Positions 31,789 through 42,724 of a stretch of DNA of 64,000 nt are shown here, piece after piece. Below the pieces are notes generated by a model. The model saw nothing but the letters and a program-made list of their open reading frames with translations, did not search any database and was not told the DNA's origin. The DNA lies in assembly GCA_037045045.1 (NCBI GenBank), contig JBAOHL010000007.1, forward strand, positions 241,950 to 305,949, read 5' to 3'. Origin of the DNA: Dermatophilaceae bacterium. GTDB lineage: Bacteria; Actinomycetota; Actinomycetes; Actinomycetales; Dermatophilaceae. Each line of letters opens with the position of its first letter. The first letter of the stretch is position 1. The position numbers and the translations under genes were made by a program.

Positions 31789-31820
31789 GCCGCTCGCGGC
31801 GGAGAGGGACGCCGCGGCGG
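31789..31820. terminator. GC-rich hairpin between convergent genes (possible bidirectional terminator)
   Basis: cgcggcg (31795-31801) pairs with cgccgcg (31810-31816) around an 8-nt loop, in the 41-bp gap between the thioesterase stop and the carbonic anhydrase stop. No U-tract follows. Confidence 0.3.
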
Positions 31821-31827
31821 CGCGCGG

Positions 31828-32465
31828 TCAGCCCAGGCGCAGGCCGAGCGCGGTGACGACCATGGCCCGGCCCTCGCGCAACCCGTAGGTCGCCCCGACG
31901 ATCCCGAGCCGCCCGGCCTGGACCCGGTCTCCGACGAGCGAGGAACGGTCGGCGAGTAGTCGCGCGGTATGCCGCACGTGCTCTGCTTCGACGTCGTCGG
32001 TGGTGCTCGCGCCGTGTTTGCGCGCGGACAGGACGCTTGGGGTTACCCGTTCGACGATGTCGCGCAGAAACCCGGTCGGCATGTCGCCGGTCGACACGGC
32101 GTCAAGGGTGGCCCGCACGGCGCCACAGGAGTCGTGCCCCAGCACGACGATGAGGGGGATGTCGAGCACGCCGACGCCGAACTCGATCGACCCGAGCACG
32201 CTGGAGTCGACAACGTGCCCAGCCGTCCGCACGACGAACAGGTCGCCGAGTCCCTGGTCGAAGATGATCTCGGCGGCGACCCGCGAGTCGGCGCATCCGA
32301 AGAACACCGCGCGCGGCGTCTGGCCGGCGGTGAGCGAGTTGCGCGCCTCGACATCCTGGTTGGGGTGCTTGCGGATGCCGTGGACGAATCGGTCGTTTCC
32401 CTCGGCGAGCTCCCCCCAGGCGCGGGCCGGGGTCTCGCCGCGCGGCGGCAGCCCGAGGCCGGGGC

Positions 32466-32469
<4 letters not shown>
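31828..32469 (-). CDS. beta-class carbonic anhydrase
   Basis: CADSRV and HDSCGA zinc-ligand motifs are present. GTG start at 32469 overlaps the fumarase stop (GTGA); 213 aa within track ORF 31828-33180. Confidence 0.88.
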
Positions 32470-34145
<1,676 letters not shown>

Positions 34146-34262
34146 TCCCTCGTTGCTCCTTCGCCCAGCATAGGAGTCGGCGACGGTGCGCCCGGAGTGA
34201 CCTGCCCCCGTGCGGGCGGACGAGGGAGACTCGGGTCCAGCGTGCCGACGGGGAACCGCGGC

Positions 34263-35219
34263 CTATCGCGCCTGGCTCGTGACGGTGTCGAGTTCGGTGC
34301 GGGTCGGCGCGAACGCCCCCGCCCTGGCGACGGTCGCCGCGGCGCTCGCGACGGCCCGGTCCACGGCGGGGCGCAACTCGTCGATCCCGGCGGTGGCGAG
34401 CCGGGCCCGCGCCGCCGGTCCGCCGAGGTAGTCGAGGTCGGCGAGCCCCGAGAGCAGCCCCGCCATGAACGAGTCGCCGGCGCCGACGGTGTCGGTCACG
34501 TCGACCCGCCGCGGCGGCACCGTGGTGACCTTCGATGCGCCACCGGAGCGGACGGCATACATGGCGCCTTCGGCGCCGCGGGTGATGACGACGAGGGCGG
34601 GGCCCAGGGCCTCCCACGCGCGGATGACGTCGGGGATGAACGCCCCGGGATAGAGCCACTGCAGGTCCTCGTCGCTGGCCTTGACGACGTCCGCGAGCGC
34701 GACGAGCGCCTCGATCCGCGGCCGGACCTCGTCGGCCGAAGGCATGAGGGTCGGGCGGACGTTGGGGTCGTAGGACACCGTCGCCGTAGGGCGCAGCGCC
34801 GCCAGGGTGGCCAGCACCTCGGTGGCGCCCGGCTCGATGGTTGCGGCGATGCTGCCGGTGTGCACGTGCCCGAAGGCCGTGAGGTCCCGGACTGGGGGAA
34901 CCGACCAGGTGAGCTCGAAGCGGTAGGTCGCCTGGCCGAAGCGGTCGAGGGTGGCCTGGGCGAGCGAGGTCCGGGCGGCGCCGTCGCTGCCCGGGGTGAT
35001 CCGCACCCCGGCGTGGGCGCAATGCGCGACGATACGCTGCCCGCGTTCGTCCGGCCCGAACCATGTCGCCAACTCGACCTGGTGCCCGAGGGCGCCGAGC
35101 CCGACGGCGACGTTGGCGGGGCTGCCTCCGACGTGTTCGAGGGTCTCGCCCTGGCCGGCGCTCACGGAGTCGATGAGAGCCTCGCCCACGACGAGGACGG
35201 CCTTCGCATGGGGGGGCAT
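34263..35219 (-). CDS. PfkB-family carbohydrate kinase (fructokinase-like)
   Basis: ATG at 35219 (MPPHAKAVLVVGEALID). GGSPANVAVGL and the DTVGAGDSF anion-hole motif are present; 318 aa. Confidence 0.85.
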   Translation of the reverse strand: MPPHAKAVLVVGEALIDSVSAGQGETLEHVGGSPANVAVGLGALGHQVELATWFGPDERGQRIVAHCAHAGVRITPGSDGAARTSLAQATLDRFGQATYRFELTWSVPPVRDLTAFGHVHTGSIAATIEPGATEVLATLAALRPTATVSYDPNVRPTLMPSADEVRPRIEALVALADVVKASDEDLQWLYPGAFIPDVIRAWEALGPALVVITRGAEGAMYAVRSGGASKVTTVPPRRVDVTDTVGAGDSFMAGLLSGLADLDYLGGPAARARLATAGIDELRPAVDRAVASAAATVARAGAFAPTRTELDTVTSQAR

Positions 35220-35332
35220 CGGACTCCTCGGGGGACAGGATTGCCCCAACTCTAGGGGTCGGCTCGACAGGGTCGCGATGGGCCTGCGGTCTCGGTTTGG
35301 CCGCAACGGCAACGGTCGGAGACCATGTGGGG

Positions 35333-35938
35333 GTGAGTTCCCCGCCCGTCGTGCCGCCCCCGTCTGGACCGCCGACATCGGCACCGGCGCCGCGCAGCCG
35401 CTATGCGATGGGCAGCGCCGCGAACATGGCCCGCTCGCTGCTGGTCATCCTCGGGCTCGTCGCTGTCCTGCTCATGATCGTCCCCCGCAGCGACGGGGTG
35501 AGCCAGCCGGCCGTCGACGCCGCGTCGGTGGTCTCGGTCGCCGTGAAGGACAGCGGTGTCGCGTTCGAGTTCCCGGCGGGGCTGCCGGCCGGGTGGAAGG
35601 CCACCAGTGCCCGGTATGCCGCGGCCACCGACTCGGTGCCGACCTGGCAGGCGGGATGGACGACCCCGAGCGGCCAGTTCGTCGGGCTGCGCCAGGCCAT
35701 GGGGGTGACGCCGCGGTGGCTCGACGTGGCCACGAACGCGGCGAGCAACGCGGCGGGCGCGGTGTCGACGCAAGACCTCGGAGGGCGCACCTGGCAACGG
35801 TTGCGCGACGATCGCGGGCAGGTGCACCTCGTGGCCACCGCGCCTTCGGGGCTGACGACGGTGGTCAGTGCTTCCAGCGAGCAGGCCGAGTTCGCGGTCC
35901 TCGTCGAGGCGTTGCGCCCCGCCCCGCCGGCATCCTGA
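35333..35938 (+). CDS. DUF4245-domain membrane-anchored protein
   Basis: It has an N-terminal TM segment (MARSLLVILGLVAVLLMIV) and resembles the conserved actinobacterial DUF4245 found next to fum/glpX. The start is uncertain: TTG 35297 in the track, GTG 35333 preferred, or ATG 35408. Confidence 0.65.
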   Translation: MSSPPVVPPPSGPPTSAPAPRSRYAMGSAANMARSLLVILGLVAVLLMIVPRSDGVSQPAVDAASVVSVAVKDSGVAFEFPAGLPAGWKATSARYAAATDSVPTWQAGWTTPSGQFVGLRQAMGVTPRWLDVATNAASNAAGAVSTQDLGGRTWQRLRDDRGQVHLVATAPSGLTTVVSASSEQAEFAVLVEALRPAPPAS

Positions 35939-35963
35939 CTGGGCCGGCCGAGCATTCCAGCGG

Positions 35964-36185
35964 TCAGTCGGCGGACGGCTGGTCCGAGGATGCCGCGCCG
36001 GCGTTCAGTTGCGCCTGGGCCCCGTCGAGCCAGGTCGTGCAGTGCGCGGCCAGGGCCTCGCCGCGGCGCCACAGGTCCATCCCCTCGGCGAGTGGGACTT
36101 GCCCGGCCTCGAGGCGCGCGACGATGGACACGAGCTCGTCGCGGGCCTGTTCGTAGCTGAGGTCGGCGACGTCGGGGTAGTCCAC
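35964..36185 (-). CDS. xseB: exodeoxyribonuclease VII small subunit
   Basis: 73 aa. LSYEQARDELVSIVARLEAGQVPLAEGMDLWRRGEALAAHC is typical XseB, and the gene lies downstream of xseA. Confidence 0.92.
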   Translation of the reverse strand: MDYPDVADLSYEQARDELVSIVARLEAGQVPLAEGMDLWRRGEALAAHCTTWLDGAQAQLNAGAASSDQPSAD

Positions 36186-36223
36186 GCCCCTCTCCTCTCG
36201 CGGGCCGTCGGGTCTGCTCGACC

Positions 36224-37447
36224 CTAACCCACGACCGTGACGCCGAAGTCGCCGTGCGCGACCCGGACCCGCAGCAGTTCGTCGGGGTCGACCTCGTCGC
36301 GGTCGAAGACGAGGGAGCCGTCGGCGTGCTGGACGACGGCGTATCCGCGCTCGAGGGTGGCCTGGGGGGACAGGGCCCGGCCCTGGACAAGCAGGTGTCC
36401 CACCCGGTCGGACTCGCGATCGACGCGCACGAGCAGCCGTTCGCGGGCCGCTCGGCGCAACGCCTGCAGCTGCATCCGGTGCGGGACGAGCATCGCGGCC
36501 GGTGCGGTGAGGACGGCGCGGCTGCGGGCGGCGACGAGCAGCCGGCGTTCGACGTCAAGGCGCCGGGCGAGGGCGCCCCGGGCCCGCTGGCCGAGCCCGG
36601 ACACGAGGGCCCGCTCGGCGGCGGCGTCGGGCACGACCCGCTTGCCGGCGTCGGTGGGGGTCGAGGCGCGCCAGTCGGCAACGAGGTCGAGCAGCGGGGT
36701 GTCCACCTCGTGGCCGATCGCGCTGACGACCGGGGTCCGTGCCGCGACGACGGCTCGCAGCAGGGTCTCGTTGGAGAAGGGCAGCAGCTCTTCGACCGAC
36801 CCCCCGCCGCGTGCGATGACGACGACGTCGACCGTGGGGTCGGCGTCGAGCTGCGCGAGCGCCGCGGTGACCTCGGCGACGGCGGAGGACCCCTGGACGG
36901 CGACCTCCCGGACGACGAACCGCACCGAGGGCCAGCGGCGGCGGGCGTTGTCGAGGACGTCGCGCGCTGCGGCGCTGCCCCGTCCGGTCACCAGGCCCAC
37001 CGACCGGGGGAGGAACGGCAGCGGACGCTTGCGCTCGGGCTCGAACAGGCCCTCGGCGGCAAGGCGGCGCTTGAGGGTCTCCAGCCGCAGCAGCAGGTCA
37101 CCGACCCCGAGCGGGCGGATCTGCCGGGCCTCCAGCTGCAGGGTGCCCCGGCGGGCCCAAAACGTCGGCTTGGCGTGGACGACGACCCGCGCGCCCTGCG
37201 GCAGCGGCCCGGGGAGCGCGTCGAGGGCGTAGCCGGAGATCGTCACCGACAGGGACATGTCCACGTCGGGGTCGCGCAGGGTGAGATAGGCCGTCGTGCC
37301 GCGCCGATGCAGTTGGACCACCTGGCCCTCGACCCACAGCGGCGACATCCGGTCGACGTAGTCGCCGATCTTCAGGCTCAGCACGCGCACCGGCCAGGGC
37401 GCCTCGGCCGAGGTGTCCGAGGCCTTCTCGGGCAGGCCTGTGCTCAC
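36224..37447 (-). CDS. xseA: exodeoxyribonuclease VII large subunit
   Basis: OB-fold N-terminus ([12 protein letters not shown]...WVEGQVVQL) and catalytic region ([19 protein letters not shown]). The start is taken as GTG 37447; the upstream part of the track ORF would overlap the ispH promoter region. Confidence 0.9.
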   Translation of the reverse strand: MSTGLPEKASDTSAEAPWPVRVLSLKIGDYVDRMSPLWVEGQVVQLHRRGTTAYLTLRDPDVDMSLSVTISGYALDALPGPLPQGARVVVHAKPTFWARRGTLQLEARQIRPLGVGDLLLRLETLKRRLAAEGLFEPERKRPLPFLPRSVGLVTGRGSAAARDVLDNARRRWPSVRFVVREVAVQGSSAVAEVTAALAQLDADPTVDVVVIARGGGSVEELLPFSNETLLRAVVAARTPVVSAIGHEVDTPLLDLVADWRASTPTDAGKRVVPDAAAERALVSGLGQRARGALARRLDVERRLLVAARSRAVLTAPAAMLVPHRMQLQALRRAARERLLVRVDRESDRVGHLLVQGRALSPQATLERGYAVVQHADGSLVFDRDEVDPDELLRVRVAHGDFGVTVVG

Positions 37448-37526
37448 GGCGTGCACTGTATGCCGTGTGGCCGACGGGCGCGGTGGAGCTGGCACGCGGC
37501 ATACCGGGTCTGCCGGCGCACGTAGC

Positions 37527-38555
37527 ATGGAAGCCATGCCCGAGGACCCTGCCCAGACCGCCAAGACGGTGCTGCTCGCGGCGCCGCGAGGCTACTGCGC
37601 CGGGGTGGACCGAGCCGTCGTCACCGTCGAGAAGGCGTTAGACCACTACGGCCCACCGGTGTACGTCCGCAAGGAGATCGTCCACAACAAGCACGTCGTC
37701 GACACGCTGCGCAAGCGAGGCGCCGTGTTCGTCGAGCAGACCGACGAAGTGCCCGAGGGTGCCACCGTGGTGTTCTCGGCACACGGGGTCGCGCCGGTGG
37801 TCCACGAGGAGGCCCGGGCCCGCCGCCTCAAAACCATCGACGCGACCTGCCCGCTGGTGACGAAGGTCCACCGCGAGGCGGTGCGCTTCGCCCGCGAGGA
37901 CTACGACATCCTGCTCATCGGGCACGAGGGGCACGAGGAGGTCGTCGGCACCTCCGGCGAGGCGCCGAGCCACATCACCATCGTCGACGGGCCGCACGCC
38001 GTCGCCAGCCTGCAGGTGCGCGACCCCGACAAGGTCGTGTGGCTGTCCCAGACGACCTTGTCGGTCGACGAGACGATGGAGACCGTGCGGCGGCTGCGCG
38101 AGCGCTTCCCCGCGCTCGCCGACCCGCCGAGCGACGACATCTGCTACGCCACCCAGAACCGGCAGCTCGCGGTCAAACGGATGGCCGCCCAGACCGACCT
38201 GATGATCGTCGTCGGCTCGCGCAACTCCTCGAACTCGGTCCGCCTCGTCGAGGTGGCCTTGGAGCACGGAGCGGCCGCGGGTCACCTCGTCGACTACGCC
38301 GCCGAGATCGACCCGGCCTGGCTCGACGGCGTCCGGACCGTCGGCGTGACGTCCGGGGCCAGCGTGCCGGAGATCCTCGTCCGCGACGTGCTCGCCTTCC
38401 TTGCCGAGCGGGGTTTCACCGACGTGCGCCCGGTGGTCGCCGCCGAGGAGAGCCTGCTGTTCGCGCTGCCCAACGAGCTGCGCCGAGACCTCAAGACCGC
38501 GGGTGACCCCGCCGAGCAGCGTCCCGGCGATCCGGCGCTGGGGTCGCTGCACTAG
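37527..38555 (+). CDS. ispH: 4-hydroxy-3-methylbut-2-enyl diphosphate reductase
   Basis: Contains [27 protein letters not shown] and ICYATQNRQ. The start is ATG 37527 or 37536. Confidence 0.95.
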   Translation: MEAMPEDPAQTAKTVLLAAPRGYCAGVDRAVVTVEKALDHYGPPVYVRKEIVHNKHVVDTLRKRGAVFVEQTDEVPEGATVVFSAHGVAPVVHEEARARRLKTIDATCPLVTKVHREAVRFAREDYDILLIGHEGHEEVVGTSGEAPSHITIVDGPHAVASLQVRDPDKVVWLSQTTLSVDETMETVRRLRERFPALADPPSDDICYATQNRQLAVKRMAAQTDLMIVVGSRNSSNSVRLVEVALEHGAAAGHLVDYAAEIDPAWLDGVRTVGVTSGASVPEILVRDVLAFLAERGFTDVRPVVAAEESLLFALPNELRRDLKTAGDPAEQRPGDPALGSLH

Positions 38556-38583
38556 ACCTCGGTGACCTTCCGGTCGGCGCCGA

Positions 38584-39447
38584 TCAGCCCGCCGGGGCGT
38601 TCTGCAGCACGAGGTGCTCGCGGTCCGACCCGGGCTCGACGACCATGGCACGCAGTCGGTCCGGCGCGGCCCGGAACTCGGCGGTGGCCGGCAGAAGCAT
38701 GGGTTTGCGGAACCACACGGCCGAACGACCGACCGCGGGCACGGCACTGCCGAGTTCGCCGAGGGACTTCGAATAGGTGAACATGCCGTGGACGATGCAC
38801 GAGGCAAAACCCAAAGGCTTGGCGGTGAGCCGGTGCACGTGGATGGGGTTCCAGTCGCCGCCGACGGCGGCGAATCGCCGACCGGTGCTGTCCGGTAGGG
38901 CCCACACCGAGGTCGGGGGGCCGGCGCGCAGGTCCTCGACCGGCGGGGAGGGCGCCGTCGTGGCGGATTCGTCGCCCTTGCCGCGGGCCAGGTAGGTGCT
39001 CACCCCGCGCCACACCGGCTCGCCCGCCACGCTGACCTCGCTGAGCAGGTCGACTTCCCGACCGCGCCGGTGCGGTCGCAGGTCCTGGGCGCGCACCGTG
39101 ATGTCGAGCCGTTCGCCGACGCCGATGGGTCGGTGCACGTCGATGACGTTCTCGGTGTGGACCAGGCCGACGAGCTTGAACGGGAAGTCCGGCCGGGACA
39201 TCACCGCCATCTGCAGCGGAAACGCCAACAGGTGGGGGTAGGTCAGCGGCAGGTGATCCCGCAGGACGATCCCGCACACCCGAGCGAAGCGCGACACGTG
39301 CGCTCCGTCGACCGCTACGCCGGCGCGGGTCGCGGTGACGGCCGGCAGGGTGCGGCTGCGGTTGCGGCTGGGGATCACCGCCTTGGCGAAGATGACGCGC
39401 AGGTCGGGTGCGCGGTCGAAGGTCAGTACGCGCGCGGTGTCGGACAT
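38584..39447 (-). CDS. MaoC-like (double hotdog) dehydratase family protein
   Basis: 287 aa. The C-terminal half has the MaoC motif context GDWNPIHVHRLTAKPLGFASCIVHGM. Confidence 0.7.
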   Translation of the reverse strand: MSDTARVLTFDRAPDLRVIFAKAVIPSRNRSRTLPAVTATRAGVAVDGAHVSRFARVCGIVLRDHLPLTYPHLLAFPLQMAVMSRPDFPFKLVGLVHTENVIDVHRPIGVGERLDITVRAQDLRPHRRGREVDLLSEVSVAGEPVWRGVSTYLARGKGDESATTAPSPPVEDLRAGPPTSVWALPDSTGRRFAAVGGDWNPIHVHRLTAKPLGFASCIVHGMFTYSKSLGELGSAVPAVGRSAVWFRKPMLLPATAEFRAAPDRLRAMVVEPGSDREHLVLQNAPAG

Positions 39448-39535
39448 CGGGTCTCCTCGCTGCTCGGGCCTCGGGCGCGGTATGCCGCGCGGGCGCCGCT
39501 CCCGTCAGCCCACCGGGCAGCAGGACATCGAGGCG

Positions 39536-39561
39536 GCGCCTGCCCACATGCTGGCAGGCGC
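39536..39561. other. perfect 9-bp stem hairpin in the 255-bp MaoC-rmuC spacer
   Basis: gcgcctgcc (39536-39544) pairs with ggcaggcgc (39553-39561) around an 8-nt loop. Confidence 0.5.
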
Positions 39562-39659
39562 AGGCTCTCGCGGCATCCCGACCGATGTTGCGCGCGCCCA
39601 GCGGCCCCCTCGCCACTGCCAATGGCGCGATCAGCGACCGCCCTACGGCGTGGCGACGG

Positions 39660-39680
39660 CGGCGGCCTTTCGGGCCGCCG
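39660..39680 (-). terminator. putative rmuC terminator hairpin
   Basis: cggcggcc (39660-39667) pairs with ggccgccg (39673-39680) around a 5-nt loop, 23 nt downstream of the rmuC stop on the minus strand. No U-tract follows, which is common in Actinobacteria. Confidence 0.4.
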
Positions 39681-39702
39681 GTCAACGGGCTTCGACCGGC
39701 CC

Positions 39703-40899
39703 TCAGCCGGCCTCGCACCGCCGCCGCGGGGGTGGGGACTCCTCGAGCAGCGGCGACCGGGCCACATCCGCATCGAGGGCCTCGATGAGTTCGACCGCGG
39801 TGAGGGCTCTGGGGACCTCGTCGAGAGGTCGCGGGGTGGCGACCGGGTCCGGACCGAGCCCGAGCTCGTTCATCCGCCGCGCGGTGACGAGCACCCGCGC
39901 CTCCAACGAACCGACGAGCCCGTTGTATGCCGTCACCGAACGGAGCAGGGCGTTGCCGAGGCGCTCGGCGTGGCGGCCGAGTGCGCCGATGCGGGCGTAC
40001 AGCTCGCGCCCGACATCGAGCAGTTCCCGGGCCCCGTCGGCGAGCGCCTCCTGCTGCCAGGCGTAGGCGACGGTCCGCAGGACGGCCAGCAGCGTCGCCG
40101 GCGACGCCAGCACGACGCCGGCAGCCATGGCATCCTCGTGCAGGGCGGGGTCGGCCGCGAGGGCCGCCCCGAGGATCGCCTCACCAGGGACGAAACACAC
40201 GACCAGCGGCGGGCTGTCGGCGGTGGCCGTCCAGTACCCCTTGGCCGCCAGGCCCTGCACGTGAGCTCGCAGGGCCCGCGCGTGGGCGCCCAACTGCCCG
40301 GCCCGTTCGGCGCCGGTCAGCCCCTCGGCCTGGGCCGCGAGGAAGGCACTGAGCGGCACCTTGGCGTCGACGACGAGATGCCGGTCCCCCGGCAGGTGGA
40401 CGACGACATCGGGGCGCACGAGCTCGCCCCGGTCGTTGCGTCCGCTGACCTGGGTGTCGAAGTCGCACCGGGCGAGCAGGCCGGCGTGCTCCAGCACCCG
40501 ACGCAGCTGCACCTCGCCCCAGGCGCCGCGCACCGACGACGAGCGCAGCGAGCCGACGAGGTCGGCCGTCTGTTCGCGCAGGCCGGTCGTGCTCGCCTCC
40601 ACCCGCGACAGTTCGGCGGTCACCCGGGCGAACTGCTCGCCACGGTCGCGCTCGAGGGTGTGCACCTGTCGCTCGACCCGGGCGAGGCTCTCGCGCAGCG
40701 GGACGACGAGCCGGGCGGTCTCGGCGTCGCCCTGGGTCACCGCCTGCAGGTCCTCGACTCGCTCGCGCAAGCCGTCACGTTCGGCTCCGAGGGCGGCCAG
40801 GCGCGCGGCATACCAGCCCCGGACAGCGAGCCAGGCAAACAGGGCCCCGGCGCCGACGGCGAGGGTGAGGGAGGTCGGGAGGTCCATGGGTCCGAGCAT
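39703..40899 (-). CDS. rmuC: DNA recombination protein RmuC
   Basis: It has an N-terminal TM helix, a long coiled coil, and the RmuC nuclease-like C-terminus (PDVVVHLPGDRHLVVDAKVPL, VVCFVPGEA). The start is ATG 40899; 40887 and 40947 are alternatives. Confidence 0.9.
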   Translation of the reverse strand: MLGPMDLPTSLTLAVGAGALFAWLAVRGWYAARLAALGAERDGLRERVEDLQAVTQGDAETARLVVPLRESLARVERQVHTLERDRGEQFARVTAELSRVEASTTGLREQTADLVGSLRSSSVRGAWGEVQLRRVLEHAGLLARCDFDTQVSGRNDRGELVRPDVVVHLPGDRHLVVDAKVPLSAFLAAQAEGLTGAERAGQLGAHARALRAHVQGLAAKGYWTATADSPPLVVCFVPGEAILGAALAADPALHEDAMAAGVVLASPATLLAVLRTVAYAWQQEALADGARELLDVGRELYARIGALGRHAERLGNALLRSVTAYNGLVGSLEARVLVTARRMNELGLGPDPVATPRPLDEVPRALTAVELIEALDADVARSPLLEESPPPRRRCEAG

Positions 40900-40931
40900 C
40901 TCGGAGGCCACCGACACCGCCACGACCACGA

Positions 40932-40959
40932 CCAGGTATCTTGACATCAAGATACCTGG
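40932..40959. promoter_or_regulatory. 28-bp near-perfect palindrome (13-bp arms, 2-nt centre) in the rmuC/tam divergent region; candidate operator overlapping a TTGACA hexamer
   Basis: The sequence reads ccaggtatcttga-ca-tcaagatacctgg. It lies 17 nt upstream of the tam GTG (40976) and 33 nt upstream of the rmuC ATG (40899), and contains TTGACA at 40941-40946. Confidence 0.55.
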
Positions 40960-40975
40960 GTGATGACATGGGCGC

Positions 40976-41758
40976 GTGATCGACACCTGGGACCCGGGGC
41001 AGTACCTGACGTACGCCGACGAACGGGCCCGCCCGTTCGTGGACCTGCTCGCCCGCGTCGAACACGCCGATCCGCGCCTCGTCGTCGACCTCGGTGCCGG
41101 ACCCGGCAACCTCACCGTGTCGCTCGCCGCCCGATGGCCCGGCGCGCAGGTCGTCGGCGTCGATGATTCGCCCTCGATGGTCGCCGCGGCGCGGCGCGAC
41201 CACGGCGGGCCGGTGCGCTTCGAGCAGGCCGACCTGCGCGACTGGACGCCACCGGCGCCGGTCGACGTCCTCGTGTCGAACGCGACCCTGCACTGGGTGC
41301 CCGAGCATCTGCGCCTGCTGCCGACGTTGCTCGGCTCCCTCGCCCCGGGCGGGGTCCTCGCGGTCCAGGTGCCCGGCGACTTCGAGGCCCCACTGCACGT
41401 CATCCGCCGCGAGCTGGCCGCCACCGCCCCGTATGCCGCGCACCTCACCGACCTGCCGAACCCCCGGTCGCACAACCCGCAGGACTACCTGCACGCCCTC
41501 GCCCCCATCGCCGAGACCGTCGACGCCTGGGAGACGACCTACCTGCACGTGCTGTCCGGACCGGACCCGGTGTTCGAGTGGACCACGGGCACCGGCGCCC
41601 GCCCCACCCTGGCCGCGCTGCCGCCGGACCTTCGGGAAAGCTTCGCCGCGCAGTTCGCGCAACGCCTGCGCGCGGCATACCCGCCGGAGTCCTACGGCAC
41701 CGTCCTGCCGTTCCGCCGGGTGTTCGTCGTGGCCCGCAAGGCGCCTGCGAAGATGTGA
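40976..41758 (+). CDS. tam: trans-aconitate 2-methyltransferase
   Basis: 260 aa from GTG 40976. It starts IDTWDPGQYLTYADERARPFVDLL, has the SAM motif VVDLGAGPGNLT, and contains SNATLHWVPEH. Confidence 0.85.
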   Translation: MIDTWDPGQYLTYADERARPFVDLLARVEHADPRLVVDLGAGPGNLTVSLAARWPGAQVVGVDDSPSMVAAARRDHGGPVRFEQADLRDWTPPAPVDVLVSNATLHWVPEHLRLLPTLLGSLAPGGVLAVQVPGDFEAPLHVIRRELAATAPYAAHLTDLPNPRSHNPQDYLHALAPIAETVDAWETTYLHVLSGPDPVFEWTTGTGARPTLAALPPDLRESFAAQFAQRLRAAYPPESYGTVLPFRRVFVVARKAPAKM

Positions 41759-41761
41759 GGC

Positions 41762-42712
41762 ATGACGCCGTCCGAGTTCGACTCCGGCATCGCCGTGCAG
41801 TGCGACGGCGACGACACGATGTGGCACGGGGTGCTCGACGACGGGTGGGGGATCCACGGCGCGATCAACGGCGGCATCCTCATGGCGATGGGCGCCAACG
41901 CCCTGCGCCAGATGCTCACCGAGGCCCGCGGTCACCCCGATCCGCTGGCGTTCAGCGCGTACTTCCTCTCGGCGGCCAACGCCGGCGGCGTCACCCTGCT
42001 CACCGAGCAACTGCGCACCGGGCGGACGATGACCACGGCCCAGGTGTCGATCACCCAACGCGGCAAGGACGGGCGTCGCGAGGAGAAGATGCGGGCCATC
42101 GGGACGTTCGGCAACGTCAAGACGAGCGAGCTGCCGGTGTTGCGCGAGGAGCCCGCCCCGGCGATGCCGCCGCCGCAGGAGTGCATCGGGCGGGACAACG
42201 CCCCGGAGATCCTCCTGCATACCAACCTCATGTCCCGGATGGACCTGCGCTTCGAGCCGGCCTCGATCGGCTGGCTGCAGGGCAAACCCTCGCAGCAGGG
42301 CCGGATGATGGCCTGGCACAAGCTCGCCGACGGCCGAGAGCCCGACGTCCTGTCGTTGCTCTGGGCGCTGGACTCGCTGCCGCCGGTCGCCCACGACCTT
42401 GGCCTTGTCGGATGGACCCCGACCCTGGAGTTCACCGCGCACATCCGCGGCCACCCGGCGCCGGGGTGGCTCCAGTTCGTCCTCACCACCCAGAACGTCT
42501 CCGGCGGGCTCATGGAGGAGGACGCAAAGATCTGGGACAGCACCGGCCGGCTCGTCGCCCTCTCGCGGCAGCTGTGCGCGTGGCGTCAGGTGCCGCCCGA
42601 CACACACCACCCTGCGCCGGCCACCGCGTCGATCACCGCGACGGCGTCGGCCACCTCCCCGCCGGCGGCCGCGGAGCGGACCGACGCCGAGACCAGCGCC
42701 GCGCCCGCGTAG
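41762..42712 (+). CDS. acyl-CoA thioesterase-like (hotdog) protein with a Pro/Ala/Thr-rich tail
   Basis: 316 aa. GAINGGILMAMGANAL and overall similarity to 30959-31786 support the call. Confidence 0.65.
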   Translation: MTPSEFDSGIAVQCDGDDTMWHGVLDDGWGIHGAINGGILMAMGANALRQMLTEARGHPDPLAFSAYFLSAANAGGVTLLTEQLRTGRTMTTAQVSITQRGKDGRREEKMRAIGTFGNVKTSELPVLREEPAPAMPPPQECIGRDNAPEILLHTNLMSRMDLRFEPASIGWLQGKPSQQGRMMAWHKLADGREPDVLSLLWALDSLPPVAHDLGLVGWTPTLEFTAHIRGHPAPGWLQFVLTTQNVSGGLMEEDAKIWDSTGRLVALSRQLCAWRQVPPDTHHPAPATASITATASATSPPAAAERTDAETSAAPA

Positions 42713-42724
42713 ACTCCCCCGTCC

